64,000 nucleotides of DNA from Candidatus Nomurabacteria bacterium. Lineage in GTDB: Bacteria; Patescibacteriota; Minisyncoccia; Phycocordibacterales; UBA918. This document shows positions 1-10,190 of the stretch, in pieces (within the stretch, counting starts at the first letter, position 1; each line of letters opens with the position of its first letter). The notes under the pieces were generated by a model. The model made no database searches. It was not told where the DNA came from and saw only the letters and a program-made list of their open reading frames with translations. The stretch covers positions 42,133 to 106,132 of the forward strand of contig JACKGH010000001.1 of NCBI GenBank assembly GCA_020632075.1, given 5' to 3'. The translations under genes and the position numbers were made by a program.

Positions 1-853
1 GTCGATACACATTTTGCTCACTAGCGATGTGACCTTGGAGTTCAAGCATCATGAGGGTCTGGGCGGCCTCGGCTACGCCGAGGCCGCATTTTCGTATTAG
101 TTCGTCGCGGTGGGTTGGTTCGGTGAGGGTGTTGATGATGAGGAGTTCGATTGGTGAGAGCGCAAGCGAAGCTTGCGCGGGCGCCGCCTCCTGCGGCGCG
201 AGATTAAGTGCATCGAGCAAATCTTCTTTGCTCGTGATCGGGATCGCACCGAGTTTTAAGAATTGATGCACGCCTTTGCTGGTCTCTGCAAATATACTAC
301 CTGGCACCACGAGGAGGTCTCGACTGTAGTCGGCGGTCATGCGAGCAGTAGTGAGTGTGCCAGACTTCGGTGCAGCTTCGGGCAAGAGAGTGGCTTGGCT
401 GATTCCTGCCACGAGACGATTGCGCTGAATGAATGACCACTTGGTCGCTTGAAAGTCTGGGTCAAATTCTGACAGTAAACCACCGCCAGCTTCTAAGATC
501 CGGTAGGCTAGCTTTTTGTGTGAGGCGGGATAGATGCGTTCGTCTGAAATGCCACCGCCGGGTATCGCGAGCGTATACAATCCATTTTTGAGCGCTGCTT
601 CGTGGGCGAGCGAGTCTATTCCGAGGGCGAGGCCAGAGACAATGCCGACGGGCTGGCCCTTAAGGCCGCCGACCAGCTCTTCGACCACTTGCTTGCCGTA
701 CGTGGTGTATTTACGTGGTCCGACGATCGAGAGTAAGGTGAGGTCGGCGGCCGGGAGCTGTCCGCGATAGTTGAGTTTCTCGGGAGGCTGCGGAATTTCC
801 CGTAGGCCTACGGGAAATTCCGCAGCCGGCAACTCTACAATAGGAAAGGACAT
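1..853 (-). CDS. dprA: DNA processing protein DprA/Smf, partial; the ORF runs off the window so the stop is not seen. Absent from the ORF track.
   Basis: Manual reverse-complement translation from ATG at 853..851 gives MSFPIVELPAAEF...IVSGLALGIDSLAHEAAL...FIQRNRLVAGIS. These are DprA Rossmann-domain motifs (GxAxGID, RNRLIAG). There is no stop before position 1. Confidence 0.8.
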   Translation of the reverse strand, partial: MSFPIVELPAAEFPVGLREIPQPPEKLNYRGQLPAADLTLLSIVGPRKYTTYGKQVVEELVGGLKGQPVGIVSGLALGIDSLAHEAALKNGLYTLAIPGGGISDERIYPASHKKLAYRILEAGGGLLSEFDPDFQATKWSFIQRNRLVAGISQATLLPEAAPKSGTLTTARMTADYSRDLLVVPGSIFAETSKGVHQFLKLGAIPITSKEDLLDALNLAPQEAAPAQASLALSPIELLIINTLTEPTHRDELIRKCGLGVAEAAQTLMMLELQGHIASEQNVYR

Positions 854-953
854 TTCAGAATCCTATCATGTATACACGTTCAAAATGTTGGGTATCCAGA
901 GTTTTGGCCCCGCTTGTGCATGCTACTATAACTAGTAATTCATTCTGGGATTT

Positions 954-3900
954 ATGAAAGAAGTTTTTACAGCAGCGGTGCCTGATTACACCGGAAAAAC
1001 TGAAGATGAACGTGCTTTTGCGGTTGCAGCTAACGACGATCCCTACGATCGCTATCTTGATGAACCATCTGACGCCGCTGAAGTTGTTCTCGCTACTCCA
1101 TCAGAGACAACAGAAGAATATTCTTCTGAGACTGAGGAAGTAGTCTCTCCAGCTATCGCCGATCTAAAAGATCAGGTAGACACTATCAATACTGCGGTGC
1201 AACACAATGAACGTATAGATGATGCAGACGCACAGGTAAAAGCCTTGGAGCGAGAAATTCACCGCATGGAACGTGAAGACGCTCGTGCTGCGGTCGAGGA
1301 AGAGATCAATGGTCTGAAGATGCAGATCGACGCGATCAATACTGCAGTGCAAGAAAACATGCGGGTTGAAAATGCTGACGAGCAGGTCGAAGCGCTCGAG
1401 CGAGAGATTCGTATGTTGCAAAGCAAAGCCGTTTTGCCGGAACTAGAAGCCCAAAAAGAAGAATTGCAAGAGGATCTGGACCCAAATTTCGTCGGACCTC
1501 AGTCGGTAGAAGCTGACTTAGCTGAACTCAATGCGCATATTGCCGAAGCTAAAGGTTGGCAAGAAAAATTTGATCAAAACACTCCTGAAGGAATCGCTAA
1601 AGCCAAAGTTGAACGTGAGCAACAAGAAGTAGCGGCTGCAGAGGCGGAGCAGGCGCGTCAAGAAGCTGAAGTGGCGCAGGCGGAGATTGAGCGACAAGAA
1701 CGATCAGAACAGCGGAGAGAATACTTGCGTTTGAAGCGCGATTTTAAGGCAGCTGAGAATGAATATTACGACGCGCTGTCAGAGCAATATCTCCTTAATG
1801 GCCATGTGAGCAATTTCCTTGGTCTTGGTCGAAAAGAAATGAGCACCAGCGTGCAGGAAGCCTATGACAAATTCATGCAAGCCAACAAGGACTTTTATGG
1901 CCTTGCACGCAGTAGCGGTTTGTACGACACGGTAGTCGATAAAGTTAATGCGCGTCGTGATAAGGCGGGTAAAGAAGAAGTGACTGTTGCGATGGTGGCG
2001 TCTGATCGGCATGTATTCAAGCCAGCGCAGGAGCGTCTTGATCGGCAGACCATGCATTTCGAGCGGATCGAGAAAGTGAAAGAGAAAGCCAAGGAACTGG
2101 TAAAGAAACGCCCGTATCTTGCAATTGCGGCTGGTCTCGGAGTAACGGCACTCAACCCTGCAACTGTTCTTATGGGAGCCGGTTTCGGTATTGCTACAAA
2201 ATTAGGTGGTGATTTCACATTTTCTCGCAAAGCCGAGCAAGATCAGTCTGGCGAAAGCGACCGTATCCTTGCCATGATGGATGACGCGCAAATGTCACTC
2301 GAAGATCTTGAGTTGTCAGAACAAGCCTTCTTCAAGGCAGCAAATCGAACGCAGCGCACCAAGACTGCCGTGAACTGGGCTGCGAAAGCTGCAGGAGTGG
2401 CTGCTGGTGGATACACTCGTACTACCGAAGCGGCTGGTCCGGTTTGGGAGCTCTTTGGTGGATCAGCTGCAGAACCGGCTACGGTGGGTGCTGAGGTGGC
2501 GCAACAAAAAGCTGAGTTAGCGATCGATCGAATTGCGGATAAATATACACAGTCACTTACGCACTTACGAGCAGGTGTATCGCCGGGTGCACACCTTGGT
2601 GAAAGGATGATCCAGGAAGATATGATAACACCACTCGCTAGAGCGATCGAAGGAGTGAGGGGTGTGAATCACGAAGAGGCAGTTAAGATGGCTTATGCCG
2701 AACTGGGTCGGTCACTTGAAACGTTTCAGAGCGAGCACCCAGGTGAACAACATGCTGGTCACATTCTCTTAGAACGCATGATGAGTAAGTCTGGAGCTGA
2801 AGCTGTGCCAAGTGGTCTTCCAACGGGAGGGAGGTCAGAAGCTGTAGCAGTTGGTCCTGATGGAAACATTCAGATCAAGGGAGCAGAAGCGCTTGGTGGT
2901 GGTCCTCAAGGCCCATCATTCCCAGGAGAAGAACGCATCAGACAGATGTATGGTGATGAAGCAGTTGAGTCACTCAAGAAGCAGTTGGCTGAAGATGGTC
3001 ACGCTGAATATTCATATCATAAAGAATACACAACTGGGGAGGCTGTTGCTGAGCCTGTTATGGCAGAGGGCACTGCTGCTGAAGCCAGTGCTACACCTGT
3101 CTTAGAAAGCGAGGTAACACCAGACATGGTGAGGGCGGTTGAGGGTGATGTGATGACGGCCGCAGAGTCGAATCCTGTTCAAGCTGAAGCATCTGCTGAA
3201 GTGCTGAAAGAAGTGGCCGATCCGCGTATTGCAAAGCTAGCGGCTGAGATCGCTAAAGATCCAACATACGAAGTTAAGTCTGGTGATACGGTTTGGAATA
3301 TTATCGAGAACAAGCTGGAAAAATACGACCTGTTCCAGAGCCTTGATAAGGGACAGCGGCTGTATCTCATCGATGCATTAAAGGATAAGATCGTGAAAGA
3401 TCCTTCACTCATTGGTATTGAAGGGGGTGATGCTAGCAAGATAGGTGTGGGCGATAAGCTTGATCTGTCTCGTTTATTTACTGAGGATATTGTTGGTTCT
3501 GCTTCGGAGAAAGCGACGAATCTCTCACCTGAGCAGATCGGGAATATTGAAGCGAATATGGGAAGACCGATGTCTCCTGTAGCTGAAGTTCCTGTCGTCG
3601 CAAAAGACCCTACGGTCTATGCTCAGCCAAAGATGGACGCGGGCGGTGGCGTTGGCTTCACTATTCCTGATGGCACCAAGGCTGCACAGGAAGTGGTATT
3701 TGAAAGTCCGTTTATAAATGATACGGCAATAGAAATGAAACGTTCTGGTGTTGCTGGTATTGCAGAAGCAATGCAAAAGAACTTATTGGCCCACGCAAAG
3801 GCTGGTCATATCAATTTACCACCAGAATTCACTGACACTAGGATTGAAAAACTGATCTTAGATCGAGTGCCAGAGCTTCGCGAGCAGAATCCTGATTCTG

Positions 3901-5270
3901 TCCTCTGGTTTCAGAAGACTGCCGATGCTCGCTTTAGTCCGGCTGAGTGGAAGCAGATGATCGGACACACAGATCCGAACGATCTACGAGCGGGGGATAA
4001 AGTGAACATTCAGCTCTTGATGGATCGTGTATTCAATAAGTTCTACGGAGCTGGTAGTGAGCAGGTTACCACCGTGACTCACGGAATGCCGGCAACAGAA
4101 ATAGCATCTTCGGCGCCGCAACCGACCGAACAAGTGACATATTCGCCAGACGGAAAGACACGCATCACAACCTATGATGACAGAGAAGGATTCTTCCAAA
4201 AAGTTGGCAGTAAATACGAGTATAGCTCAAGTGGCTTTGGTGATGCGCCTGCCGCGGTTGAGTCTGCGCGTTCAGCAGCTGCTCCAGAAGCAGCAGCTTC
4301 GCCCGAGTTGATGCGTAGTGCCGGCTTCAATCCAAACGACTTCATGCGCTCGTTCAATGAGGTGGGTAAGACCTGGACTCCGCCAGAAGGGGCAGAGTTG
4401 CGTAATCATATTCTCAAGATCATGGACTCAATGTCTGACCAGGCACGAGCGAAGTATATGCCTGATGCGAGTGGCTTAACGAAGATTGACAGTAACTATC
4501 TAGCAGTACACTGGCCTGAGGCGGCTGACCTGCCATTTGGGCCGGCTGGTGGTGCAAAGTATGCTCCAGAATATTGGCAATACGTTGGAATTCCAAGTGG
4601 TGATCCTGAAGACCTTCGGGGGGCAGTCATCGATAATGAAAAGCTGCTGCGATTAATGTTCCATCCTGACAGTATTCAGCCAGGGGAGTTTGATCCGAAT
4701 GTGCTTCCTCACGCGATCGAGGAAGCCGAGAGAGTGTCGGCTGAGGCTGCGCGCGAGCAGATGGCTCGCAATGCGTTCAAGATCGTTGATCGAGCTGCAG
4801 TACGTGATGAGCAGAATATGATCCACGGCATGCTCGCGCGCACCCACACCGGCATGTCGCCATTTGAAGCTAAAAGCGAAGCGTTGCGACTCAACACCAT
4901 CTTTGGTTATCAGCCACGGATGACGGCTGGTTTTGCAAATGAAGTCTTGCCAACCCCGGCCAGCATGAGCGAAAAGCAATTTATGAATGAGCTCTATCGT
5001 CAGACCTACGGTGCGTACGCAGAAGGTGATATCACTGTGCCAGCATATCGTATGTATTATCTCAGTCATCACGGTGGTGCTGGCAATCCAACTGCGATCA
5101 ATGCGTTTGTAGATAAGAACATGGGTATGCTGAATAAGTTGTCACCGCAGCAGTTGCAAGAACTTGGATTTAGCGCAGGTAAACTAGCGCCGCAGGCTGG
5201 CGACAAGATCCAGATCGGCAAAGTAGTAGAGCTGATCTTGAAAAACGCTGCTACTCGTATAAATAATTAA
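954..5270 (+). CDS. Large (1438 aa) hypothetical protein. It has an acidic coiled-coil N-terminus with internal ~45-aa repeats and one predicted TM segment (LAIAAGLGVTALNPATVLMGAGFGIA).
   Basis: Long uninterrupted ORF with codon usage matching its neighbours. The repeats VDTINTAVQHNERIDDADAQVKALEREIHRM and IDAINTAVQENMRVENADEQVEALEREIRML are seen, and the internal antisense ORFs are short. No recognisable catalytic motif. Confidence 0.65.
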   Translation: MKEVFTAAVPDYTGKTEDERAFAVAANDDPYDRYLDEPSDAAEVVLATPSETTEEYSSETEEVVSPAIADLKDQVDTINTAVQHNERIDDADAQVKALEREIHRMEREDARAAVEEEINGLKMQIDAINTAVQENMRVENADEQVEALEREIRMLQSKAVLPELEAQKEELQEDLDPNFVGPQSVEADLAELNAHIAEAKGWQEKFDQNTPEGIAKAKVEREQQEVAAAEAEQARQEAEVAQAEIERQERSEQRREYLRLKRDFKAAENEYYDALSEQYLLNGHVSNFLGLGRKEMSTSVQEAYDKFMQANKDFYGLARSSGLYDTVVDKVNARRDKAGKEEVTVAMVASDRHVFKPAQERLDRQTMHFERIEKVKEKAKELVKKRPYLAIAAGLGVTALNPATVLMGAGFGIATKLGGDFTFSRKAEQDQSGESDRILAMMDDAQMSLEDLELSEQAFFKAANRTQRTKTAVNWAAKAAGVAAGGYTRTTEAAGPVWELFGGSAAEPATVGAEVAQQKAELAIDRIADKYTQSLTHLRAGVSPGAHLGERMIQEDMITPLARAIEGVRGVNHEEAVKMAYAELGRSLETFQSEHPGEQHAGHILLERMMSKSGAEAVPSGLPTGGRSEAVAVGPDGNIQIKGAEALGGGPQGPSFPGEERIRQMYGDEAVESLKKQLAEDGHAEYSYHKEYTTGEAVAEPVMAEGTAAEASATPVLESEVTPDMVRAVEGDVMTAAESNPVQAEASAEVLKEVADPRIAKLAAEIAKDPTYEVKSGDTVWNIIENKLEKYDLFQSLDKGQRLYLIDALKDKIVKDPSLIGIEGGDASKIGVGDKLDLSRLFTEDIVGSASEKATNLSPEQIGNIEANMGRPMSPVAEVPVVAKDPTVYAQPKMDAGGGVGFTIPDGTKAAQEVVFESPFINDTAIEMKRSGVAGIAEAMQKNLLAHAKAGHINLPPEFTDTRIEKLILDRVPELREQNPDSVLWFQKTADARFSPAEWKQMIGHTDPNDLRAGDKVNIQLLMDRVFNKFYGAGSEQVTTVTHGMPATEIASSAPQPTEQVTYSPDGKTRITTYDDREGFFQKVGSKYEYSSSGFGDAPAAVESARSAAAPEAAASPELMRSAGFNPNDFMRSFNEVGKTWTPPEGAELRNHILKIMDSMSDQARAKYMPDASGLTKIDSNYLAVHWPEAADLPFGPAGGAKYAPEYWQYVGIPSGDPEDLRGAVIDNEKLLRLMFHPDSIQPGEFDPNVLPHAIEEAERVSAEAAREQMARNAFKIVDRAAVRDEQNMIHGMLARTHTGMSPFEAKSEALRLNTIFGYQPRMTAGFANEVLPTPASMSEKQFMNELYRQTYGAYAEGDITVPAYRMYYLSHHGGAGNPTAINAFVDKNMGMLNKLSPQQLQELGFSAGKLAPQAGDKIQIGKVVELILKNAATRINN

Positions 5271-5272
5271 GT

Positions 5273-5575
5273 ATGACCACTTCAGATCCACAATTCTCAA
5301 AATTCGCTGAAGCTGCTGGGTTTACTGACATGACTGAGGCTCAACAGGCAGCGTTTTTACAACAAGCTGGTGAAGTTGTGTTTGAGTCGGCGCTCGCGCG
5401 CTTGGTAGCTGGTATGGATGATGCTGCAATCGAAGAGTTGCAAGAGTATCTTGAAAGTGTGTCTGAAGAAGATAATGTGCTCGAATACCTCATGGCAACC
5501 TATCCTGCGTTCTCAGATCATGTGGTTGAAGAAGCAGAAGCCCTCCAGGCTGAAGGAGAGTCGACCCTATCGTAA
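5273..5575 (+). CDS. Small acidic hypothetical protein (100 aa), translationally coupled to the upstream giant ORF.
   Basis: The ORF starts 3 nt after the upstream stop. It is acidic with no recognisable motifs. Confidence 0.45.
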   Translation: MTTSDPQFSKFAEAAGFTDMTEAQQAAFLQQAGEVVFESALARLVAGMDDAAIEELQEYLESVSEEDNVLEYLMATYPAFSDHVVEEAEALQAEGESTLS

Positions 5576-5652
5576 GTGCCACATACTCTATTCAGCTAGG
5601 AAGATTCATGTATAATCGGTCATTATTATTCACTGCATAACTAAACAAAACT

Positions 5653-6915
5653 GTGCTAGACATCAAATTCATCCGCGAGAACATTGACCTGGTCAAGTTG
5701 GCTGCGCAAAAAAAGAAATCATCGGTAGACCTCGACCGCTTGGCGGCAGTGGATGATTCGCGGCGTGAGATCATGCAGCGCATGGAGGAAAAGAAAGCGG
5801 AGCAAAACCGCGTGTCTGAAGGTATCCCGGCCGCACAGGATCCAGTAGTGAAGCAGCAACTCATTACCGAAATGCAGGCGCTCAAGGCTGAGATCCAGAA
5901 AGATGAAGAAGCGCTGAGGCCAGTGATGGAAGAGTGGCAGGCGCTTATGCTTCAGGTGCCAAACATTCCCGATATGTCGGTCCCTGATGGCGATAGTGAT
6001 GAGGACAATGAAGAGATCAAGACTTGGGGTGAGCAGACGAAGTTTGATTTTGCAGCGAAGGATCATGTCGAGCTCATGTTGCAACACAACATGGTTGATT
6101 TTGAGCGTGGTGCAAAAGTGCACGGCTTCCGCGGCTATTATCTCCTTGGTGATGGTGCGAAACTGTCGTGGGCGATCTGGAACTACGCCAATCAATTTTT
6201 CATGGAAAAAGGCTTTACGCCGGTTTTGCCTCCAGCGATCGTGCGCAAGGCAAATCTCTATGGTACTGGCCATTTGCCGAACGACGCAGAGGATGTGTAC
6301 AACACCCAAGATGATGACTACCTGATTGGCACCGCTGAGGTATCAGTCATGGGCTATTATGCCGATGAGATCTTGGATAAGAGTCTTTTCCCAGTGAAGT
6401 TTCTTGGTTTCTCTCCATGCTACCGTCGCGAAGCGGGTAGTCACGGCAAGGACACACGCGGACTCATTCGCGTGCATGAATTCTATAAGCTCGAGCAGGT
6501 GATGCTTTGCGAGGCGTCACACGAGGAGAGTGTAAAGTGGCACGAATGGATCAATCGCAACACTGAAGAGTTTATCGAGAGCTTGGGTATTCCGTATCAT
6601 ACGGTACTGAACTGTGGAGGTGATCTTGGGCAAGGTCAGGTAAAGAAGTACGACATCGAGTTGTGGGTGCCGGGTGAACAGAAGTATCGCGAGATCAGCT
6701 CAGCATCGTACTTCCATGATTTCCAGACGCGTCGTTTCAACATTCGCTACCGTGATGAAGATAGTAAGATCCGCTACGCGCACTCGCTCAACTGTACTGC
6801 GATCCCGACACCACGTATTCTTGTGTCGCTGGTGGAGAATTTTCAACAGGCAGATGGCTCGATCAAGATCCCAGAAAAGCTGGTGCCTTTCTTTGGGAAG
6901 GAGAGTATTGGATAG
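5653..6915 (+). CDS. serS: Seryl-tRNA synthetase (GTG start).
   Basis: N-terminal coiled-coil arm plus a class II aaRS core (FSPCYRREAGSHGKDTRGLIRVHEFYKLEQV, YREISSASYFHDFQTRRFNIRYRD). Confidence 0.9.
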   Translation: MLDIKFIRENIDLVKLAAQKKKSSVDLDRLAAVDDSRREIMQRMEEKKAEQNRVSEGIPAAQDPVVKQQLITEMQALKAEIQKDEEALRPVMEEWQALMLQVPNIPDMSVPDGDSDEDNEEIKTWGEQTKFDFAAKDHVELMLQHNMVDFERGAKVHGFRGYYLLGDGAKLSWAIWNYANQFFMEKGFTPVLPPAIVRKANLYGTGHLPNDAEDVYNTQDDDYLIGTAEVSVMGYYADEILDKSLFPVKFLGFSPCYRREAGSHGKDTRGLIRVHEFYKLEQVMLCEASHEESVKWHEWINRNTEEFIESLGIPYHTVLNCGGDLGQGQVKKYDIELWVPGEQKYREISSASYFHDFQTRRFNIRYRDEDSKIRYAHSLNCTAIPTPRILVSLVENFQQADGSIKIPEKLVPFFGKESIG

Positions 6916-6928
6916 AGTTTTTGTGTAA

Positions 6929-6962
6929 AATTGGGCGGCCCCGAAGGGGCCGCCCAATTTTT
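6929..6962. terminator. Rho-independent terminator after serS.
   Basis: Perfect 12-bp stem ttgggcggcccc/ggggccgcccaa with a gaa loop, followed by TTTTT. Confidence 0.8.
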
Positions 6963-6980
6963 ATGCTACGATATTCCCAC

Positions 6981-7829
6981 ATGAAACCACGCCGCAAAAA
7001 ACGTCTTGATCCAAATACTGTTGTGCTTCTGAAGCATATCGGAATGGGCGTGTTGGCGATCGGCACTGTTGCGTTGATAGTGACAGGAATTTGGTATGGT
7101 TCGCGCTTGTCTGCCCTTACCATCACAAAAGTAGATGTCCGTGGCGGAGAAACGATCGACCGCAGCTCTATTGAACAGATCGTTCAAGGAGCGCTTGAAG
7201 GTAACTATCTTGGGTTGGTGCCACAACGCTTTGCCTGGTTTTATCCTGAACAGGAGATCTTGACCCAACTTGCAGGAATTGAACGTATTCACAATGTATC
7301 GGTTCAACGAATGAATGGCACTTCGCTTTTGGTCACTTTTGACGAGTATGTTCCTCATGCATTGTGGTGTAACTCGGTGGAAGATCGTAGCTGCGTCTTC
7401 CTTGATGCTTCAGGATATGCGTTTGGACGCGCACCAGAGTTATCAGGTGGTGCTTTATTACGTTTTGTGACCAGTGGCCGTGAGGTTCAGATCGGTAGTA
7501 CCGTGGCTGATGCAGAAGCGTTGACCACGGTCACCTCCCTCGTATCGTTACTTGCTGATATTGGTTGGTATGTATCGTATGTTGAGCTCGATCAGGCTGG
7601 GGATGTATTTTTAAAGATCGTTGATGGTGGCGAACTGCGTGCTACTACCGATATCGATCCACAAGAGACAGTAGAAAATTTCCAAGTTATTCTTGCATCA
7701 CCAGAGTTTTTAGACTTGGCGCCTGGCACCTTTCAGTATGTGGACCTACGATTTGGGAACAAGGTATTCGTGAATGAAGAAGATGAAACATTCTCAGAAT
7801 CAGTGACAGCGACTACTACTCCTAATTAA
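6981..7829 (+). CDS. Cell-division protein FtsQ/DivIB-like: single N-terminal TM plus a POTRA-like domain.
   Basis: MKPRRKKRL..., a TM helix VLAIGTVALIVTGIWY, then ITKVDVRGGETIDRSSIEQIV...WFYPEQEILTQL...VSVQRMNGTSLLVTFDEY, which resembles FtsQ POTRA. The track start (6921) lies inside the serS terminator hairpin, so ATG 6981 was chosen. Confidence 0.5.
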   Translation: MKPRRKKRLDPNTVVLLKHIGMGVLAIGTVALIVTGIWYGSRLSALTITKVDVRGGETIDRSSIEQIVQGALEGNYLGLVPQRFAWFYPEQEILTQLAGIERIHNVSVQRMNGTSLLVTFDEYVPHALWCNSVEDRSCVFLDASGYAFGRAPELSGGALLRFVTSGREVQIGSTVADAEALTTVTSLVSLLADIGWYVSYVELDQAGDVFLKIVDGGELRATTDIDPQETVENFQVILASPEFLDLAPGTFQYVDLRFGNKVFVNEEDETFSESVTATTTPN

Positions 7830-7860
7830 AAATTCCCGCCGTAGTAACGGCGGGAAGACT
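7828..7860. terminator. Bidirectional hairpin terminator between convergent genes.
   Basis: aaaaa-ttcccgccg-tagtaa-cggcgggaa, followed by a T-rich stretch. Confidence 0.6.
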
Positions 7861-7866
7861 TGGTTT

Positions 7867-8160
7867 TCAGTTGTTTGCTTCGCGCTGCAGTACTTCCGCG
7901 AAGACGCCGTCGACTGGGTTGTCGACTACAGTGATCGGTGGTTTGGCACATTTTTCGAAGAGTGCCGGCACTACCATGGTGATCATGCCGATCATGGCAA
8001 ATGCGACACTACCCCCGATCAGCCAGTCTGCCAAGGATCCCAACGTTTTTTGGATCGCTGCAAAGATCAGCATCAGCATGATGGAAGCTATGAGTACGCC
8101 AAGGCCGGTAGCGGTGATGATCGCACTGGAGCGTTTACGAAGGCAAGGAACTTGGTGCAT
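7867..8160 (-). CDS. Small hypothetical membrane protein (97 aa, 2 TM).
   Basis: Hydrophobic segments LGVLIASIMLMLIFAAI and VAFAMIGMITMVVPALF. Confidence 0.4.
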   Translation of the reverse strand: MHQVPCLRKRSSAIITATGLGVLIASIMLMLIFAAIQKTLGSLADWLIGGSVAFAMIGMITMVVPALFEKCAKPPITVVDNPVDGVFAEVLQREANN

Positions 8161-8275
8161 TTTCTTTCCTTTGGTGTGGTGGAACCAATCAACAGCATTA
8201 CATGTAACTTCTACGTTTGCAATGGAATGTTTTTAAATGGGCCGCCTCGCAAGCGAGGCGGCCCAACACCTTTCG

Positions 8276-8698
8276 TCACAGACTTGAAAGCAGCGTACCA
8301 AATTCCTCCGGCAGGACACTGATCATCATGAGCACGAGGAGCCAGAGCGGGAAAGCTACTTGTCCGAGCGTTACGATGAGTAGGGCGCCGGTGCTGTCAC
8401 TGATGATGCGCTTGGCCGTGAGTCTGAGCACAGCGGCGAACAGACCGAAGGCGACCACCATAGACAGGATGAGTGCTGCATGCAGCAGCGCAGTGTCGAT
8501 ATGGTTTAGGCTCAGGACCTGCCAACCGATGATAGCGGAAATGATACCGCATACGATCATGGTCAGGTAGGCGCGGGCTGAGAAGAGACGATGCTTTTCG
8601 TCGTCGCCGTGAAGTGCACTGATCATGACAATGCAGAGTATCGCGAAGATGAGGAAGACGGTCTTCGGTAGCAGGTTATTCAAGAGGTCAAACCCCAT
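8276..8698 (-). CDS. Hypothetical membrane protein (140 aa, about 4 TM).
   Basis: Four hydrophobic helices, with a GC-rich hairpin at 8240-8265 downstream of its stop. Confidence 0.5.
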   Translation of the reverse strand: MGFDLLNNLLPKTVFLIFAILCIVMISALHGDDEKHRLFSARAYLTMIVCGIISAIIGWQVLSLNHIDTALLHAALILSMVVAFGLFAAVLRLTAKRIISDSTGALLIVTLGQVAFPLWLLVLMMISVLPEEFGTLLSSL

Positions 8699-8808
8699 GA
8701 CATTTCTCCGTTTGGGTTGCTTTTGTCCGGCAAAAGAATGACATTAAATAAACATTTTGTCAATAAAAAAGCCGCACCAAGAAGGTTGCGGCGTTTTCTG
8801 CGGTAGCG

Positions 8809-9042
8809 TCAGGCATATGTGCTGCCATGGTCGGTGACGATGGCGGTTGTACCGTCTTTGCCGATGACATATTCTGTTGCCCACTCTTTATCATCATCCA
8901 GCGGTTGCGGCGTTTTGCAATTTTTGCAGATGTAGAGTGGTGATTCGTGACGATTCCCATGTTGATCATACACAAATACTTTTTTCCGAACCTGGACATT
9001 TTCATGTCCACATTTTGGACAAGGTAGGTTTCTTGTACACAT
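8809..9042 (-). CDS. Small zinc-ribbon protein (about 77 aa).
   Basis: CPKCGHEN...x...CKNCKTP four-Cys ribbon. A GGAG sits 8 nt upstream of ATG 9042. It is divergent from dus. Confidence 0.4.
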   Translation of the reverse strand: MCTRNLPCPKCGHENVQVRKKVFVYDQHGNRHESPLYICKNCKTPQPLDDDKEWATEYVIGKDGTTAIVTDHGSTYA

Positions 9043-9096
9043 TGAAAATTCTCCGGCCTTGCGTTTGTGAATCCAAAATGTACAATGCCACGACAA

Positions 9097-10190
9097 TGAA
9101 TTTTTGGCAACGACTTCCAAAACCGATCATGGCACTCGCACCAATGGCCGATGTTACCGACGCGGCTTTTCGCAGGCTTATGGCGAAGTATAGCGCGCAC
9201 GAGCGCGCGGACGGCAGCGTCGGCGGTCCCGATGTGATGTGGACGGAGTTTGTCGCTGCCGATGGGCTTGTGCGCGCTACCCCAGAAGGTAAAGAAAAGC
9301 TGATGGCAGATTTGATCTACAGCGAAGAAGAGCGACCGATCGTTGCGCAGCTTTTCACGAGCGATCCAGAACATATGGAGTACGCGGCGAAACTGTGTCG
9401 CGAGCTTGGTTTCAATGGGATCGATATCAATATGGGTTGTCCTGATCGTTCGATCGAGAAGCAGGGTTGTGGCTCAGCTATGATCAAGACACCCGAAGTC
9501 GCAAAAGAAATTATCAAAGCAGCTAAGCGCGGCGCTGGCGATATGCCAGTCAGTGTAAAGACACGCGTTGGATATGGTGAAGACATTCTTGAGGAGTGGC
9601 TGCCGGCGATTCTGAAAGAATCGCCGGCGGCTGTGACCATTCACGCCCGCACGCGCAAAGAAATGAGCAAGGTGCCAGCCAAGTGGGAGCGGGTGAAGCG
9701 GGCAGTTGAGATCCGTAATGAGCTTAAATCAGATACTCTCATTCTTGGCAATGGTGACGTGCTTTCACTCCAAGATGCTGCAGATAAAGTAGCCATGAGT
9801 GGCGCCGATGGCGCGATGATTGGACGGGCGCTTTTTGGTAATCCGTGGTTTTTCCATCCGACCAAGCGCTTGCCGGTCCGTCTTACTGCGCTTCCAACCA
9901 AAGGAGTGAACCGCGACACGATCCACGTGGCAGACACTTCTGAGGAAGGTGTCGAGTATATCTCCATCGAAGAGCGGCTGCGCGTCATGGTTGAGCACTC
10001 TAAGCTGTTTGCCGAACTGCTACCGTTCAAAAATTTCTCAGTTATGAAGAAGCACTACAAGGCATATGTGAACTCATTTCCTAACGCAGCTGAGCTCCGA
10101 GCAGAGCTTATGGAACAGAATTCTCCTGACGAAGTAGAAGCTGTGGTTGAGCGTTTCATTGAATCTCATCGTGCTATATTGGAGGGATAA
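9097..10190 (+). CDS. tRNA-dihydrouridine synthase (Dus family).
   Basis: IMALAPMADVTDAAFR, GIDINMGCP and the TIHARTRKE TIM-barrel motifs. The start is taken at MNFWQRL; the upstream part of the track ORF is antisense to the zinc-ribbon gene. Confidence 0.8.

Noticed and set aside
1164-5072. Multiple 60-140 aa antisense ORFs inside the giant ORF, and similar ones inside serS, copA, MCO and argS
   Set aside because: They are short, carry no motifs, and sit inside long well-supported ORFs on the opposite strand.
6921-6980. Track start of the ftsQ-like ORF
   Set aside because: It lies inside the serS terminator hairpin. The internal ATG at 6981 gives a normal Lys/Arg-rich cytoplasmic N-terminus followed by the TM helix.
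8877-9096. N-terminal extension of the dus ORF in the track
   Set aside because: The upstream 73 codons are antisense to the zinc-ribbon gene and contain no Dus homology. The Dus domain begins at MNFWQRL (9097).
8760-9374. 204-aa minus-strand ORF
   Set aside because: It lies antisense to the well-supported dus gene and the small zinc-ribbon gene, and has no motifs. It is most likely a spurious shadow ORF.
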